Origin: Candidatus Sumerlaeia bacterium
GTDB taxonomy: Bacteria; Sumerlaeota; Sumerlaeia; SLMS01; JAHLLQ01
Length of the DNA: 64,000 nt
Direction of reading: 5' to 3'
Assembly: GCA_019634695.1 (NCBI GenBank)
Contig: JAHCAW010000001.1
Coordinates: forward strand, 115,921 to 179,920
Of this stretch, positions 20,104-28,878 are shown piece by piece. A program made the position numbers and the translations under genes. The notes beneath the pieces are model-generated. The model saw nothing but the letters and a program-made list of their open reading frames with translations, had not been told where the DNA came from and did not search any database. Position 1 is the first letter of the stretch. Each line of letters begins with the position of its first letter.

Positions 20104-20763
20104 TCACGGCCAGTTGAACGTCCCGGTCACCGGGTGCGGCGGGATGCCGTCCTGGTTCTTCTGGCACCGCACGATGTTGCCGTTGCTCACCGTGCCGTTG
20201 GTTGGGTCGTACGGCAGGAACGTCGCGCCGGCGCCGTGGAACGCCGTCTTGTCCGGGCCGTAGCCGTAGATCAGCCACGCGCCGGTCCACTCCTTCGGCC
20301 GCGTCCAGAAGTCGTCGAGTCCCGCGGGTTCCGGCTGCTTGCCGCCGGCCGATTGCTTCAAGTACCAGTCCCAGTTGAAGTAGGCGTAGCGCTTGCCGAC
20401 CTGGCTCTCGACGGGATAGCAGGCGTTGCTGAACGTCGAGTCCTGCGACACGAACGGATCGAGGAAGATCGACGTCGTGTACGCGATCGGCGTCGTCAGG
20501 TAGGTGGGCAGGCGCGCGTGAAAACAGGCGCCGACCGGCGTGACCGGCGTGCGCCCATAGTCCACCGCCGGCGGGTACACGTTGTAGTCCACGCCGTACG
20601 CCTCCATCGCCGTGACGACGGTGCGCATGTCGGCCTTGCAGCGGCTCACCTTCGAGCGCACCTGCGCCTCGAGGAAGTTCGGTACGGCGATCGCCGCCAG
20701 GATGGCGATAATCGCGACGACGATCAGCAACTCGATCAGAGTGAAACCAGCCTGTCTCTTCAT
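20104..20763 (-). CDS. Prepilin-type N-terminal cleavage/methylation protein
   Basis: G|FTLIELLIVVAIIAILAAIAVPNF. Confidence 0.9.
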   Translation of the reverse strand: MKRQAGFTLIELLIVVAIIAILAAIAVPNFLEAQVRSKVSRCKADMRTVVTAMEAYGVDYNVYPPAVDYGRTPVTPVGACFHARLPTYLTTPIAYTTSIFLDPFVSQDSTFSNACYPVESQVGKRYAYFNWDWYLKQSAGGKQPEPAGLDDFWTRPKEWTGAWLIYGYGPDKTAFHGAGATFLPYDPTNGTVSNGNIVRCQKNQDGIPPHPVTGTFNWP

Positions 20764-20852
20764 GGCAGGATAATCCTTTCCGACTCGGGAGTTCGCGCCC
20801 CTCCGGCGATCACCCGATCTCCTGTCGCAAGATGCGATGGAATGCCAGCGGA

Positions 20853-21539
20853 TTATTGCGTGGGCGCGGCCCCCTGCCCCTTGCTGCGCTTTCCCTTCGC
20901 CTCGTCCCGCGCCCGCTGTTCGCGCCGGACCTCCGAGAGAATCCACGACAGCCCCTGCACCTCGCGCGCCCGCGCCCGCGCGAACACCTTGCGCACCAGC
21001 GCCAGGTCGAACTGACGCGCGATCAGCGCCAGCTCGTCCAGGATGAACGCGTTCATCTTCATCGACACCGTGTTGAAGTACAGGTCGATCACCTCGCGCA
21101 GCTTCGGGTCGGCCATCTCGCGGTCCGGGGCCACGGGCTCGTCGGCCGCGGCGCGTGCGTAGCGAAACGCATGGTCCGGCGCCTCGCGCAGGAAGCCGTG
21201 CGCGCGCCGCACCTCCTCCCATCCGATCGGCGTCGGCAACGGCGCGACGACTTGCAGCAGCGCCTCCTCCTCCTCGTTGTCCGGCAGGAAGCACCGCAGC
21301 ACGCCCGCCTTGCGCGCCTTGCGCAGCGCCTTGCCGACCTGTTCGGCCGGCAGCCCGCACAGCCCCCCCAGCTCGGCCAGCGAAACCTCAACGACGCCCG
21401 GCAGGCGGTTGCGCGCACAATCCAGATCCACCACCGCGCGGAACACCGGCCACGCCAGCGGGCTCTTGCACGCCTCGGCCAACTGCTGCGGCAGGCCGCT
21501 GAAGGCGATCCAGTCGGGCGACGGGCGGTGCGGGTCCAT
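20853..21539 (-). CDS. Hypothetical protein: wHTH-like N-terminus, DnaD-like C-terminus
   Basis: SLAELGGLCGLPAEQVGKALRKARKAGVL; VIDLYFNTV...LVRKVFARA...LSWILSE. Confidence 0.55.
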   Translation of the reverse strand: MDPHRPSPDWIAFSGLPQQLAEACKSPLAWPVFRAVVDLDCARNRLPGVVEVSLAELGGLCGLPAEQVGKALRKARKAGVLRCFLPDNEEEEALLQVVAPLPTPIGWEEVRRAHGFLREAPDHAFRYARAAADEPVAPDREMADPKLREVIDLYFNTVSMKMNAFILDELALIARQFDLALVRKVFARARAREVQGLSWILSEVRREQRARDEAKGKRSKGQGAAPTQ

Positions 21540-21542
21540 CGT

Positions 21543-21896
21543 TCAGTCCTTGCCGGGCGGCGGGGGCTCGGGCGCGCGCGGCGCCAGACGATACCACGCG
21601 TCCTCGGGCTCCTCCTTCACAAGGTCGAAGCCACCCTTGCACAGCGGCTGGCAGCGGGCAATGCGCCAGACGATGAGCCCGAGCGCTTTCCACAGCGGCT
21701 TGGTGTGCAGCGCGTCGATGGCGTACTGGCTGCACGACGGGAAGAAGCGACAATTGGCGCCCAGGTACGGGCTCAGGGCGAGTTGGTATCCGCGGACGAG
21801 GGCGATGGCGCCGCGTCGCAGGAGCTTGCTGGCGGCAAGGACGGGGGCGGGCGGTCGCCGTCGGCGGGGCGCAGCAGCTCCAGAGCGATCAGGCAC
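21543..21896 (-). CDS. yidD: Membrane protein insertion efficiency factor (start uncertain)
   Basis: YQLALSP...CRFFPSCSQYA...RIARCQPLCKGGFD. Confidence 0.9.
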   Translation of the reverse strand: MPDRSGAAAPRRRRPPAPVLAASKLLRRGAIALVRGYQLALSPYLGANCRFFPSCSQYAIDALHTKPLWKALGLIVWRIARCQPLCKGGFDLVKEEPEDAWYRLAPRAPEPPPPGKD

Positions 21897-22252
21897 GAGC
21901 GGAAGTCCTTCTCCAGGGCGGCGCCGGTGGCCTCGACGGCCGCGCCGCGCGCGTTCACCACGATGTCCCAGCCCGGCGCAAGGTCGCCATGCAGGCGGCG
22001 AAAGAGATCGCGCACGCGCCGGCGGAAGCGATTCCGCGTCACGGCCTTGCCCGCCGCCCGGCGCGAGGCCGTGATGCCCAGCCGCGTCGGGGCAGGCCCG
22101 TCCGACCCGTCGCACACGCGCGCGGCGGCGTAAACGACAAGAAGGCGGCGGACGCATTTGCGACCGCCGCGGTAGACGTGCTCGAATTCGGATCGTCGCC
22201 GCAGACGAACCCACTGGGGAAACTGCTGGCCCCGGGGCGTCGTCGGGCGCAT
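21773..22252 (-). CDS. rnpA: Ribonuclease P protein component
   Basis: RLRRRSEF, RLGITASRR, KAVTRNRFRR; lies between rpmH and yidD. Confidence 0.92.
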   Translation of the reverse strand: MRPTTPRGQQFPQWVRLRRRSEFEHVYRGGRKCVRRLLVVYAAARVCDGSDGPAPTRLGITASRRAAGKAVTRNRFRRRVRDLFRRLHGDLAPGWDIVVNARGAAVEATGAALEKDFRSCLIALELLRPADGDRPPPSLPPASSCDAAPSPSSADTNSP

Positions 22253-22263
22253 GGGCCGTTCCG

Positions 22264-22404
22264 TCAGCCGGAGACCGTCAGGCGATGGCGGCCCTTGGCC
22301 CGCCGGCGCGACAGCACCTTGCGGCCGTTGGCGGTCTTCATGCGGGACCGAAAGCCGTGCTTGTTGGCCCGGCGGCGCTTGGAAGGTTGGTAGGTTCTTT
22401 TCAT
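22264..22404 (-). CDS. rpmH: 50S ribosomal protein L34 (absent from ORF track)
   Basis: Own translation: [46 protein letters not shown]. Confidence 0.97.
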   Translation of the reverse strand: MKRTYQPSKRRRANKHGFRSRMKTANGRKVLSRRRAKGRHRLTVSG

Positions 22405-22437
22405 GGCTCGTTTCCGCTCCGTCGTTCAGGGGCGCGG

Positions 22438-22466
22438 AGTGTCCGGACCACCGCCCGCCAAGTCAA
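22438..22466 (-). promoter_or_regulatory. Candidate sigma70 promoter for rpmH
   Basis: TTGACT-N17-GACACT on the minus strand. Confidence 0.4.
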
Positions 22467-22494
22467 GCACGAACGCCGCGGTGTTGGGGTGTAT

Positions 22495-22511
22495 CATATT
22501 GGCCCAATATG
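22495..22511. promoter_or_regulatory. Perfect palindrome, candidate operator
   Basis: CATATTGG-C-CCAATATG between divergent rpmH and the two-gene module. Confidence 0.5.
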
Positions 22512-22594
22512 GTCGCGGTTGACGGGAGGGCCGAACCGGCGGCACGATGTCCCCGACGGATCCGTCGCGCCAGTCCGAGCAGGAGCAAATCGAG

Positions 22595-22915
22595 ATGACC
22601 AGGCCGGAGATCGAATCGGCAGCCCGGCGCCTTGCGCAAGCCAATGGCCGGGCCGAGACCAGCATCTCAAAGATCTACTGGTTCCCCGACGACACGGAAA
22701 TTCGGCTCGTCGAAGTGGATGAGGAGAGCATCAAATCGGAAGACGAGGCGCTGCATCCCTTCTACTTCAGTCCCGTCGAGGGAGTCCCCTATCCGTCGGG
22801 CATCGTGCTCATCCATCCCGACGAGGAGGGCGTCAAACCGCTGCCCGTGGAGTGGCGCGTCGACTGGAAGCAGGCGCGTGTGCTGTTTGACCGCAAGTCG
22901 GGCGAGGTCGCCTGA
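22595..22915 (+). CDS. Small acidic protein, putative antitoxin (divergent MNT-like?)
   Basis: AGGAG RBS; ISKIYWFPDDTEIRLVEV; TGATG-coupled to the HEPN-like gene. Confidence 0.55.
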   Translation: MTRPEIESAARRLAQANGRAETSISKIYWFPDDTEIRLVEVDEESIKSEDEALHPFYFSPVEGVPYPSGIVLIHPDEEGVKPLPVEWRVDWKQARVLFDRKSGEVA

Positions 22916-23418
22916 TGGATTGGCGGACCGCGTTCCTCGTGCAGGCGCGGTCGGACTACGAGGTGGCCGTGCGGCTTCTGCGCACGCCCGACGTTCCGCT
23001 CTGTCATTCGTTGCACTACCTTCAGATGACGCTCGAGAAGCTGGCCAAAGGCATGCGGGCACAGCCAGGGTCGCTGGCCGAGCCACCGCACACGCATGCC
23101 GGGGCAACGAAACTCGTGCAAATGCTGAAACATACCAGCCCAATCTCCGCGGAGTTCCACCGCGTGCTTGGGATGGGGGCGTTCGCGCGGCGGATGTATC
23201 TGGATGGTCTGCTGCCCACGATTCGGGCCGTTGAGCAGATGGCTCCGGCGATCGCCAAGCAGGGCAGCGGAGTGAACTCGGAGTACCCTTGGATACAGTC
23301 ATCGGTGCCGGCGCAGATCGAAGCGCCTTGCCTCTATGGCTACTCCGAGATTCCGCAGCCGAAGATTGCCAAGCTGCTCCAACTCGTCGAAGCACTTCTG
23401 AGAAGTTGCAAGGCCTAG
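22915..23418 (+). CDS. HEPN-like protein, putative toxin
   Basis: FLVQARSDYEVA...LQMTLEKLAK...HTH...EYPW mirrors the HEPN QQAxEKxxK...H...RYP layout. Confidence 0.6.
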   Translation: MDWRTAFLVQARSDYEVAVRLLRTPDVPLCHSLHYLQMTLEKLAKGMRAQPGSLAEPPHTHAGATKLVQMLKHTSPISAEFHRVLGMGAFARRMYLDGLLPTIRAVEQMAPAIAKQGSGVNSEYPWIQSSVPAQIEAPCLYGYSEIPQPKIAKLLQLVEALLRSCKA

Positions 23419-23447
23419 ACGCGGGCCTGCGAGTCGCCATTCTGCCA

Positions 23448-23549
23448 CCGACAATCGCCGCGTGCGGCGGACGGTCTCCAACGGCGGGCTGCCGGCCGAT
23501 TCGGGCTTGAACGGCTCGTGGGACTATGCGTATCTGGGCTGGCGCGTGG
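23448..23549 (+). pseudogene. RHS core remnant 1
   Basis: About 100 bp near-identical to 24584-24685. Confidence 0.85.
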
Positions 23550-23562
23550 GAGCTTCGCGCAT

Positions 23563-23584
23563 CCACAGTAATCCCAGAAGAGGC
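23563..23584 (+). mobile_element. ISL3-like terminal motif, copy 1
   Basis: ccacagtaatcccagaagaggc, similar to 53061-53082(-). Confidence 0.6.
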
Positions 23585-23590
23585 AATGCG

Positions 23591-24295
23591 ATGAGTCCTC
23601 TCCGTGCTCGGGCATATTCCGGACTTGCAGTATTCCTCGTTTTCTGGCCATTCTCAATCCTTGCTCAAAGTGCCTTCGATACGGCAAGAAGCTATTTCGT
23701 CTTCTCGGTTCTTGGTCTTCCCACCATGAACAACACTGCCTACTTGTATAATAGAGAAATAATTGAGTACACTTGGATGCCGGGTCAGCTTGGCTTGACT
23801 CTGCTTGCTATTGTGCTTCTCTCGAAGTTCGATGGTCTTGGGTCCGGGGTGGATGGTATTCCGGAACGGTTGGCCTGTCTAGGCAGGGGCTATGGGGCTG
23901 CTGTCACGGGTTGCGTGTTGCTGATCTTGGGTTCGCAACTTATGCAGATGCTTGTGCACAGCGTGGCTGGTTGGAGCCTCGATCTTCACCCTTTTCAAGT
24001 GCCATTCCTGATTGCCGAAGCGGTCTGTGTCGCAACCATCGCGGCCCTATGCTTTCGACTTATCCGGCGGTTTGCGGTCGTTGGCACCTTCTTTGTTGTT
24101 CAGGGACTCTTGGCAGCTGGGGCCGCGTCCATTCATTTGACGGACTTGGGCAGGGAGGAGCGCCAAGGGCTGGAGTCGATGCATGTGACCGCGTATGCGA
24201 CATTCTTGTCAGCTGTTGCCGCGGTGCTCTGCTTTCTCGCGCTCCTTACGATTGGGAAGAGGATTTGCCGACCCGGTGGCCACAGCTTGGACTGA
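23591..24295 (+). CDS. Low-GC multi-pass membrane protein, possibly immunity-type or 5'-truncated
   Basis: Abrupt GC drop, several TMs, lies between RHS remnants. Confidence 0.55.
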   Translation: MSPLRARAYSGLAVFLVFWPFSILAQSAFDTARSYFVFSVLGLPTMNNTAYLYNREIIEYTWMPGQLGLTLLAIVLLSKFDGLGSGVDGIPERLACLGRGYGAAVTGCVLLILGSQLMQMLVHSVAGWSLDLHPFQVPFLIAEAVCVATIAALCFRLIRRFAVVGTFFVVQGLLAAGAASIHLTDLGREERQGLESMHVTAYATFLSAVAAVLCFLALLTIGKRICRPGGHSLD

Positions 24296-24349
24296 GTGAC
24301 GCTTGCTGGATTTCGCATCCCGATGCATCGACGGAACGGCGGGGGCGCA

Positions 24350-25002
24350 TATGGGCGACGTGGATCGACAGCGCCATCGGCACGACGACGCACGCGCGCA
24401 CGGAGTTCAACGAAATCTACTCGATCACGGTCGGCGGCGGCAGCCCCATCGTCCCTGTCTACGACAAGAACGGCAACCTGCGCCAGGGCGAGGGGATGAA
24501 GCTCGAGTGGGACGCCTTCGGCCGCCTGCACACCGTGCGCCGGGCGAGCAACGACGACCTGCTGGCGCGGTATCTCTACGACGCCGACAACCGCCGCGTG
24601 CGGCGGACGGTGACGAATGGCGGCCTGCCCGCCGATTCGGGCTTGAACGGCTCGTGGGACTATGCGTATCTGGGCTGGCGGGTGGTCGAGGAGCGCGACG
24701 TGGCGGTCAGCGAGGAGCCGTTGCGGCAGTACGTGTGGGGCGAATACCTGGACGAGCTCTGGACCGTGGACCGCGGGTTTGTGGCAACGGTGGCGTACTT
24801 CAACGACGGCTCGGGCGCCGAGCGGCTCTTCGCGCTCGGGACGGTGATGCACCACGTCGCGGGGCTGACCGACGAAGAGGCGCGCCTGATCGAGGCCTTC
24901 GAGTACACGCCCTACGGCCGCCCGACCCGCATCGCGCCCAACCCCGAAAGCGACGAGGTGGCGTTCCACCCCTCCGACATCCGCACCCCCGGCGCCCCGC
25001 CT
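24350..25002 (+). pseudogene. RHS/YD-repeat core remnant 2
   Basis: YDKNGNL, WDAFGRL, YDADNRRV, FEYTPYG; no N-terminus and no DPxG core end. Confidence 0.85.
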
Positions 25003-25024
25003 CCACAGTCTTCCCGGAAGAACC
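25003..25024 (+). mobile_element. ISL3-like terminal motif, copy 2
   Basis: ccacagtcttcccggaagaacc at the RHS/low-GC junction. Confidence 0.55.
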
Positions 25025-25251
25025 TATCTGCTGTGACAGGAGGAACAGGGGGGTGCCTCGGAGTGCCAAAAGGAGTGAAGAAAGGAGATCCCATAGTAAC
25101 TGAAGCTTCTCCAAATGGTGTGTGTCGCATGACTTGTGTAGATCCGAAGCAGAAGGAGAAGTGTTGCCAAGCTCCGAAGATTCCGCATGACTACGCTTGG
25201 TATGGATACAACTGCCATGATTGGGCACAAGACTGTACGAGGGAGATGTGA
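25025..25251 (+). pseudogene. Cys-rich polymorphic toxin C-terminal fragment
   Basis: Low GC, in frame with RHS; ends YAWYGYNCHDWAQDC. Confidence 0.55.
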
Positions 25252-25271
25252 GGTCAATCAGGGGGCAGCTC

Positions 25272-25655
25272 ATGGGTACTCGAACCCGAACCATGTTCAA
25301 GTTGGCACGCGACTATAGGACGCTCTGGCTGTTCCTGGCCTTTGTTCTTTGTCTTCTCCTGACACCCTTCTTGATTGTGGGGATACTCTACGGGCCTGAA
25401 TACCAGGTGCCCATTCAAGAGGCTCGGTGGCCGATGAATGAGTCCGAGGTGCGGCAGTTGCTTGACACCCGTCTCCATGAGGCCCACCGAGATTTGCGAG
25501 AGCACCGGATTGAATCAATCATATTGGACCAGAACGTGGACCAGAACGATCAGTGGCATGTGTATGTCGCCGGGATCCGTAGCCGTTGGAACGCGGTGGT
25601 TTTGTTGGATGAGTCTCGACGGACAGTCGTGCTGAGGGTGAACAGAGCTCATTGA
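25272..25655 (+). CDS. Putative immunity protein (N-terminal TM)
   Basis: Immediately after the toxin tip, lower GC, LWLFLAFVLCLLLTPFLIVG; start uncertain. Confidence 0.5.
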   Translation: MGTRTRTMFKLARDYRTLWLFLAFVLCLLLTPFLIVGILYGPEYQVPIQEARWPMNESEVRQLLDTRLHEAHRDLREHRIESIILDQNVDQNDQWHVYVAGIRSRWNAVVLLDESRRTVVLRVNRAH

Positions 25656-25661
25656 GCAAGC

Positions 25662-25880
25662 CGGCAGCCCCGTCGTGCCCGTCACCGACAAGAACGGCAA
25701 CCTGCGCGAGGGCGAGGGGATGAAGCTCGAGTGGGACGCCTTCGGCCGCCTGCACACCGTGCGCCGGGCGAGCAACGACGACCTGCTGGCGCGGTATCTC
25801 TACGACGCCGACAATCGGCTCTTCGTGCTCGGTACGGTGATGCACCACGTCGCGGGGCTGACCGACGAGGAGGCGCGGCT
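25662..25880 (+). pseudogene. RHS core remnant 3 with internal deletion
   Basis: Matches ~24438-24590 joined directly to ~24823-24888. Confidence 0.85.
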
Positions 25881-25911
25881 GGCCGGTTAGCGGCCGGCCG
25901 TCACTTGACCC

Positions 25912-25962
25912 GAGCGCGAGCGTCCCGCTCGCAGGCTCTGGCAGGCAGGATGCCTGCCCTCC
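25912..25962. repeat. Pair of REP-like short hairpins
   Basis: gcgagcg-tcc-cgctcgc and gcaggca-gga-tgcctgc. Confidence 0.5.
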
Positions 25963-26053
25963 CTTCTGGATGACGGTCGCTCGATGCGGCCGCCGGTTTG
26001 CCGGCCCGCACTTTCCTGCTGCTCCCGGCCGGCGGGACGGGCACGGTGGGGGC

Positions 26054-27214
26054 ATGCCGTCGCCTCGACCGTCCATTCTGTTCGTCGCCCATGATACGGA
26101 GAAATCCGGCGCTCCGCGCGTGACGGTGGAGCTTGCGCGCGGGCTGGCGGCGCGTGGTTGGCCGGTGCGCGTTTGCTTTCCGGCGCGGGGCGGGCTGGAG
26201 GAGGAGGCGCGGGCGGCCGGGCTCGAGACGCGCGTGGTGGCCAATCCGGCGGTTGCGATGGCGGGGGAGGGTTGGCCGCGGCGGGTGGGCTTGGCGGGTC
26301 GGCGGGCGCTGGCGGTGGTCGGATTCGCGCGGCTGGCCCGTCGGGCGGACATCGTGTGGGTCGGCAGTTCGGTGGCCGTCGTCGCGGTGCTGGGGGCCTG
26401 GCTGGCGCGTCGGCCGGTGGTTGTGCATGTGCATGAGGATCTGACGGCGACGCGGGGCAACCGGGTGCGGGCGTCGCTGGTGCGGCGACTGGCGCGGGCG
26501 GTGGTGTTCGTGGCGCCGGCGACGCGGCCGTTCTTCGGGCGTCGGCCCGCCGGCCGGCAGTGGGCGTTGCTGCCGAACTTCGTGGACCGCGCGCGCCTGG
26601 AGGCCGTGACGATCGCCGAGGCGACCCGTGCCCGGACGGCGTTGGGCGCGGACCGCGAGGCGTTCGTCTTCCTGACGGCCGCGACGCTTACGCCGCGCAA
26701 GGGGATCGACGTGCTGCTGGAGGGCTTCGCGCGCGTGGCGGCGGACCTTCCCGCCGCGCGCCTGTGGATCGCCGGCGGCGAGGTGGCGGCGCACGCCGAG
26801 CACGCCACGGCGCTGCGCGAGACGGTGCGCGCGCGCGGCCTGGGCGATCGTGTGCGCTTTCTGGGACATCGCGAGGACCTGCCGGTGCTGCTGGCGGCGG
26901 CCGATGCGTTCGTGCTGGCGTCGCGCAACGAGGCGTTGCCGCTGACGATTGCGGAGGCGATGCTGGCCCGCCGCCCCGTCGTCGCCACCGACGTGGGGTC
27001 GGTGCGCGGGATGCTGGCCGGCGGGCGATGCGGGTGGCTGGTTGCGCCGGAGGATGCCGGGGCGCTGGCGGACGCGATGCGCGCCTGCGCAACCGATTCG
27101 GTCGCGCGCCAGACGCGCGCGCACCGGGCGTGTCGCCGCGCGCAACGGCTCTACGACCGCGAGGCGATCCTCGACCGCGTCGAGGCGGTGGCGATCCGGG
27201 CAATGGGCCGGTGA
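26054..27214 (+). CDS. Glycosyltransferase family 4
   Basis: RKGIDVLL, FLGHRED, ASRNEALPLTIAEAM, VATDVG. Confidence 0.93.
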   Translation: MPSPRPSILFVAHDTEKSGAPRVTVELARGLAARGWPVRVCFPARGGLEEEARAAGLETRVVANPAVAMAGEGWPRRVGLAGRRALAVVGFARLARRADIVWVGSSVAVVAVLGAWLARRPVVVHVHEDLTATRGNRVRASLVRRLARAVVFVAPATRPFFGRRPAGRQWALLPNFVDRARLEAVTIAEATRARTALGADREAFVFLTAATLTPRKGIDVLLEGFARVAADLPAARLWIAGGEVAAHAEHATALRETVRARGLGDRVRFLGHREDLPVLLAAADAFVLASRNEALPLTIAEAMLARRPVVATDVGSVRGMLAGGRCGWLVAPEDAGALADAMRACATDSVARQTRAHRACRRAQRLYDREAILDRVEAVAIRAMGR

Positions 27215-27322
27215 CGGCGCTTGGGCGGCTGGCGGCCGTGCATGGGTTTCTCTGGGGGTGCAGGCCCGGGGCCATGCGGAAGTGCTCTCCGGCTTGCAGC
27301 GGGCTGTGCCATGCCGATGCAC

Positions 27323-27575
27323 TCAGCGTGCTTTGAGCACGCTCTTCCTTGCCCCCGGGTTCACCCGGTGGGTGATGTTTAAGGCATTAACTATTGTAGC
27401 GCGCTTCAGCGCGACTTCCAATGCGTGATCTCGTCCTGATCGAGCGAAACCTTTTGACCAAACAAGGTCGCACCCACCGGAAAGCACGCTGAAGCGCGCT
27501 GCGGAAAGCCGAGCCAGGCAAGCCCCACCTGCTGAAGCAGGGGGCAAGGCAGAGCATGCTGAAGCATGCTGAGCG
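27323..27575. repeat. Nested REP-like inverted-repeat cluster
   Basis: tcagcgtgcttt/aaagcacgctga; ccggtgggtg/cacccaccgg; gtagcgcgcttcagcg/cgctgaagcgcgctgc; repeated gctgaagca. Confidence 0.6.
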
Positions 27576-27695
27576 CGCCCGCAAGTGAGGCGCCCGACGG
27601 CCGCATGCGCCGATCGCCGGGACGGGCACTTGGGCCGCTCATCAGGCACTTGATCAGTCAAAATACAAAAGTCTGTAATATAAATTATTGAAAAC

Positions 27696-27955
27696 GACAG
27701 CAGCGCCGGATTCTTTAATTGTGGCTTGGGCGTCTCGCCCAAGTCCGGGGGTCTTGCCAAGAGGAGGGTGCTTCAAGCCCGAAGGTCTGCTCCGAGGTGC
27801 CTTCGAGCGGCTCGATCCAAGCGCAAGGATCGAAACCGGGCGCGTGGTGTGGCTGAACTTGGGCGAGACCCACCTTCGATGTTCAGCTCCGGCGCACCAA
27901 GCGCCCAAGCCACAGTCAACGGCCTCGGCATGCGTCATGTTCCTGGACAACTGTC
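27696..27955. mobile_element. REPIN/MITE-like element, copy A (33-bp insertion in right arm)
   Basis: Homologous to 62969-63197; gtggcttgggcgtctcgcccaag hairpin arms; gacag...ctgtc ends. Confidence 0.75.
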
Positions 27956-28023
27956 TTGGACTTCCGCTGCCGCATCGCCGTGAACTTGGCCGCGGCATCG
28001 GGGCACCAACGGCCAAGCGATGG

Positions 28024-28878
28024 TCAGTTCGTTCGCGCGGTCAGCTTGGCGCGCAGGCGCTGCTGGACGGTGCGGAACTCGGGCGAGTTGACGGTGAGCG
28101 GCACGGTCAGGTCCAGCTCGGCCACGAGCCCCTCGAGCCGGTCGACGCGTTCCTGGGTGGCCGGGTGGGTGGCCATCATGCGCTCGAGGAACGAGGGCGT
28201 GTTGCCGCCCTGAAGGCCGTGCAGCTTCTCGAAAAAGCGCACCGCCTCGCGCGGGTCGTAGCCCGCGCCGTACATCGCGCGCACGCCGTAGTAGTCCGCC
28301 TCGTGTTCGTCCTCGCGACCGAACTTGCGCATGGCCAGATAGCCGCCCGCGTTGGCCGTCGCGCGTGCGGCCTGCTGCGCCGCGCCGGAAGTCACCTGCG
28401 TGGCGAACAGGTCGCCCGCCGTCTGGATGCCGCGCGCGCGTTGCAGGCTGAGGATGCCGTGCCGGCGCGTGACGTGGTTGATCTCATGGCCAACCACCGC
28501 GGCCACCTGCGCCTCGTTCTCCGCGAACAGCACCAGCCCGATGTTGACGTAGCAGTATCCGCCCGGGATCGCGAAGGCGTTGACGTCCGGCGAATCGACG
28601 AACTGGAAGCGGAACTGCTGCGACGTCGAGGGCGAGTAGTCGACCAGCCGCTCGCCCATGCGCGTCAGCCACGCGTCGGCCACGTCGTCGTGCACCACCG
28701 GGTACTCCTGCTCGATCTCCTCGGCGAACTGCTCTCCCATCAGGCTCTCGACCCGCGGCGGGTAGGTCATCGAGCTCAAGGTGCGCTCCGACGACCGCAG
28801 CACCGAGCACCCCGCCAGCGTCATCACCAGCACCGCCAGCATCGCCAGCCGCCCCCCGCGCGCGCAGACTCCCGACAT
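28024..28878 (-). CDS. M48 family metallopeptidase lipoprotein
   Basis: Lipobox LAGC, VNAFAIPGG, HEINH, EHEAD, THP. Confidence 0.92.
   Translation of the reverse strand: MSGVCARGGRLAMLAVLVMTLAGCSVLRSSERTLSSMTYPPRVESLMGEQFAEEIEQEYPVVHDDVADAWLTRMGERLVDYSPSTSQQFRFQFVDSPDVNAFAIPGGYCYVNIGLVLFAENEAQVAAVVGHEINHVTRRHGILSLQRARGIQTAGDLFATQVTSGAAQQAARATANAGGYLAMRKFGREDEHEADYYGVRAMYGAGYDPREAVRFFEKLHGLQGGNTPSFLERMMATHPATQERVDRLEGLVAELDLTVPLTVNSPEFRTVQQRLRAKLTARTN

Noticed and set aside
22404-22595. oriC beside rpmH
   Set aside because: No dnaA, no TTATCCACA-type boxes and no AT-rich unwinding element seen.
27855-27919. 33-bp insert as a CRISPR spacer
   Set aside because: The flanks are two halves of one hairpin rather than direct repeats; no array and no cas genes.
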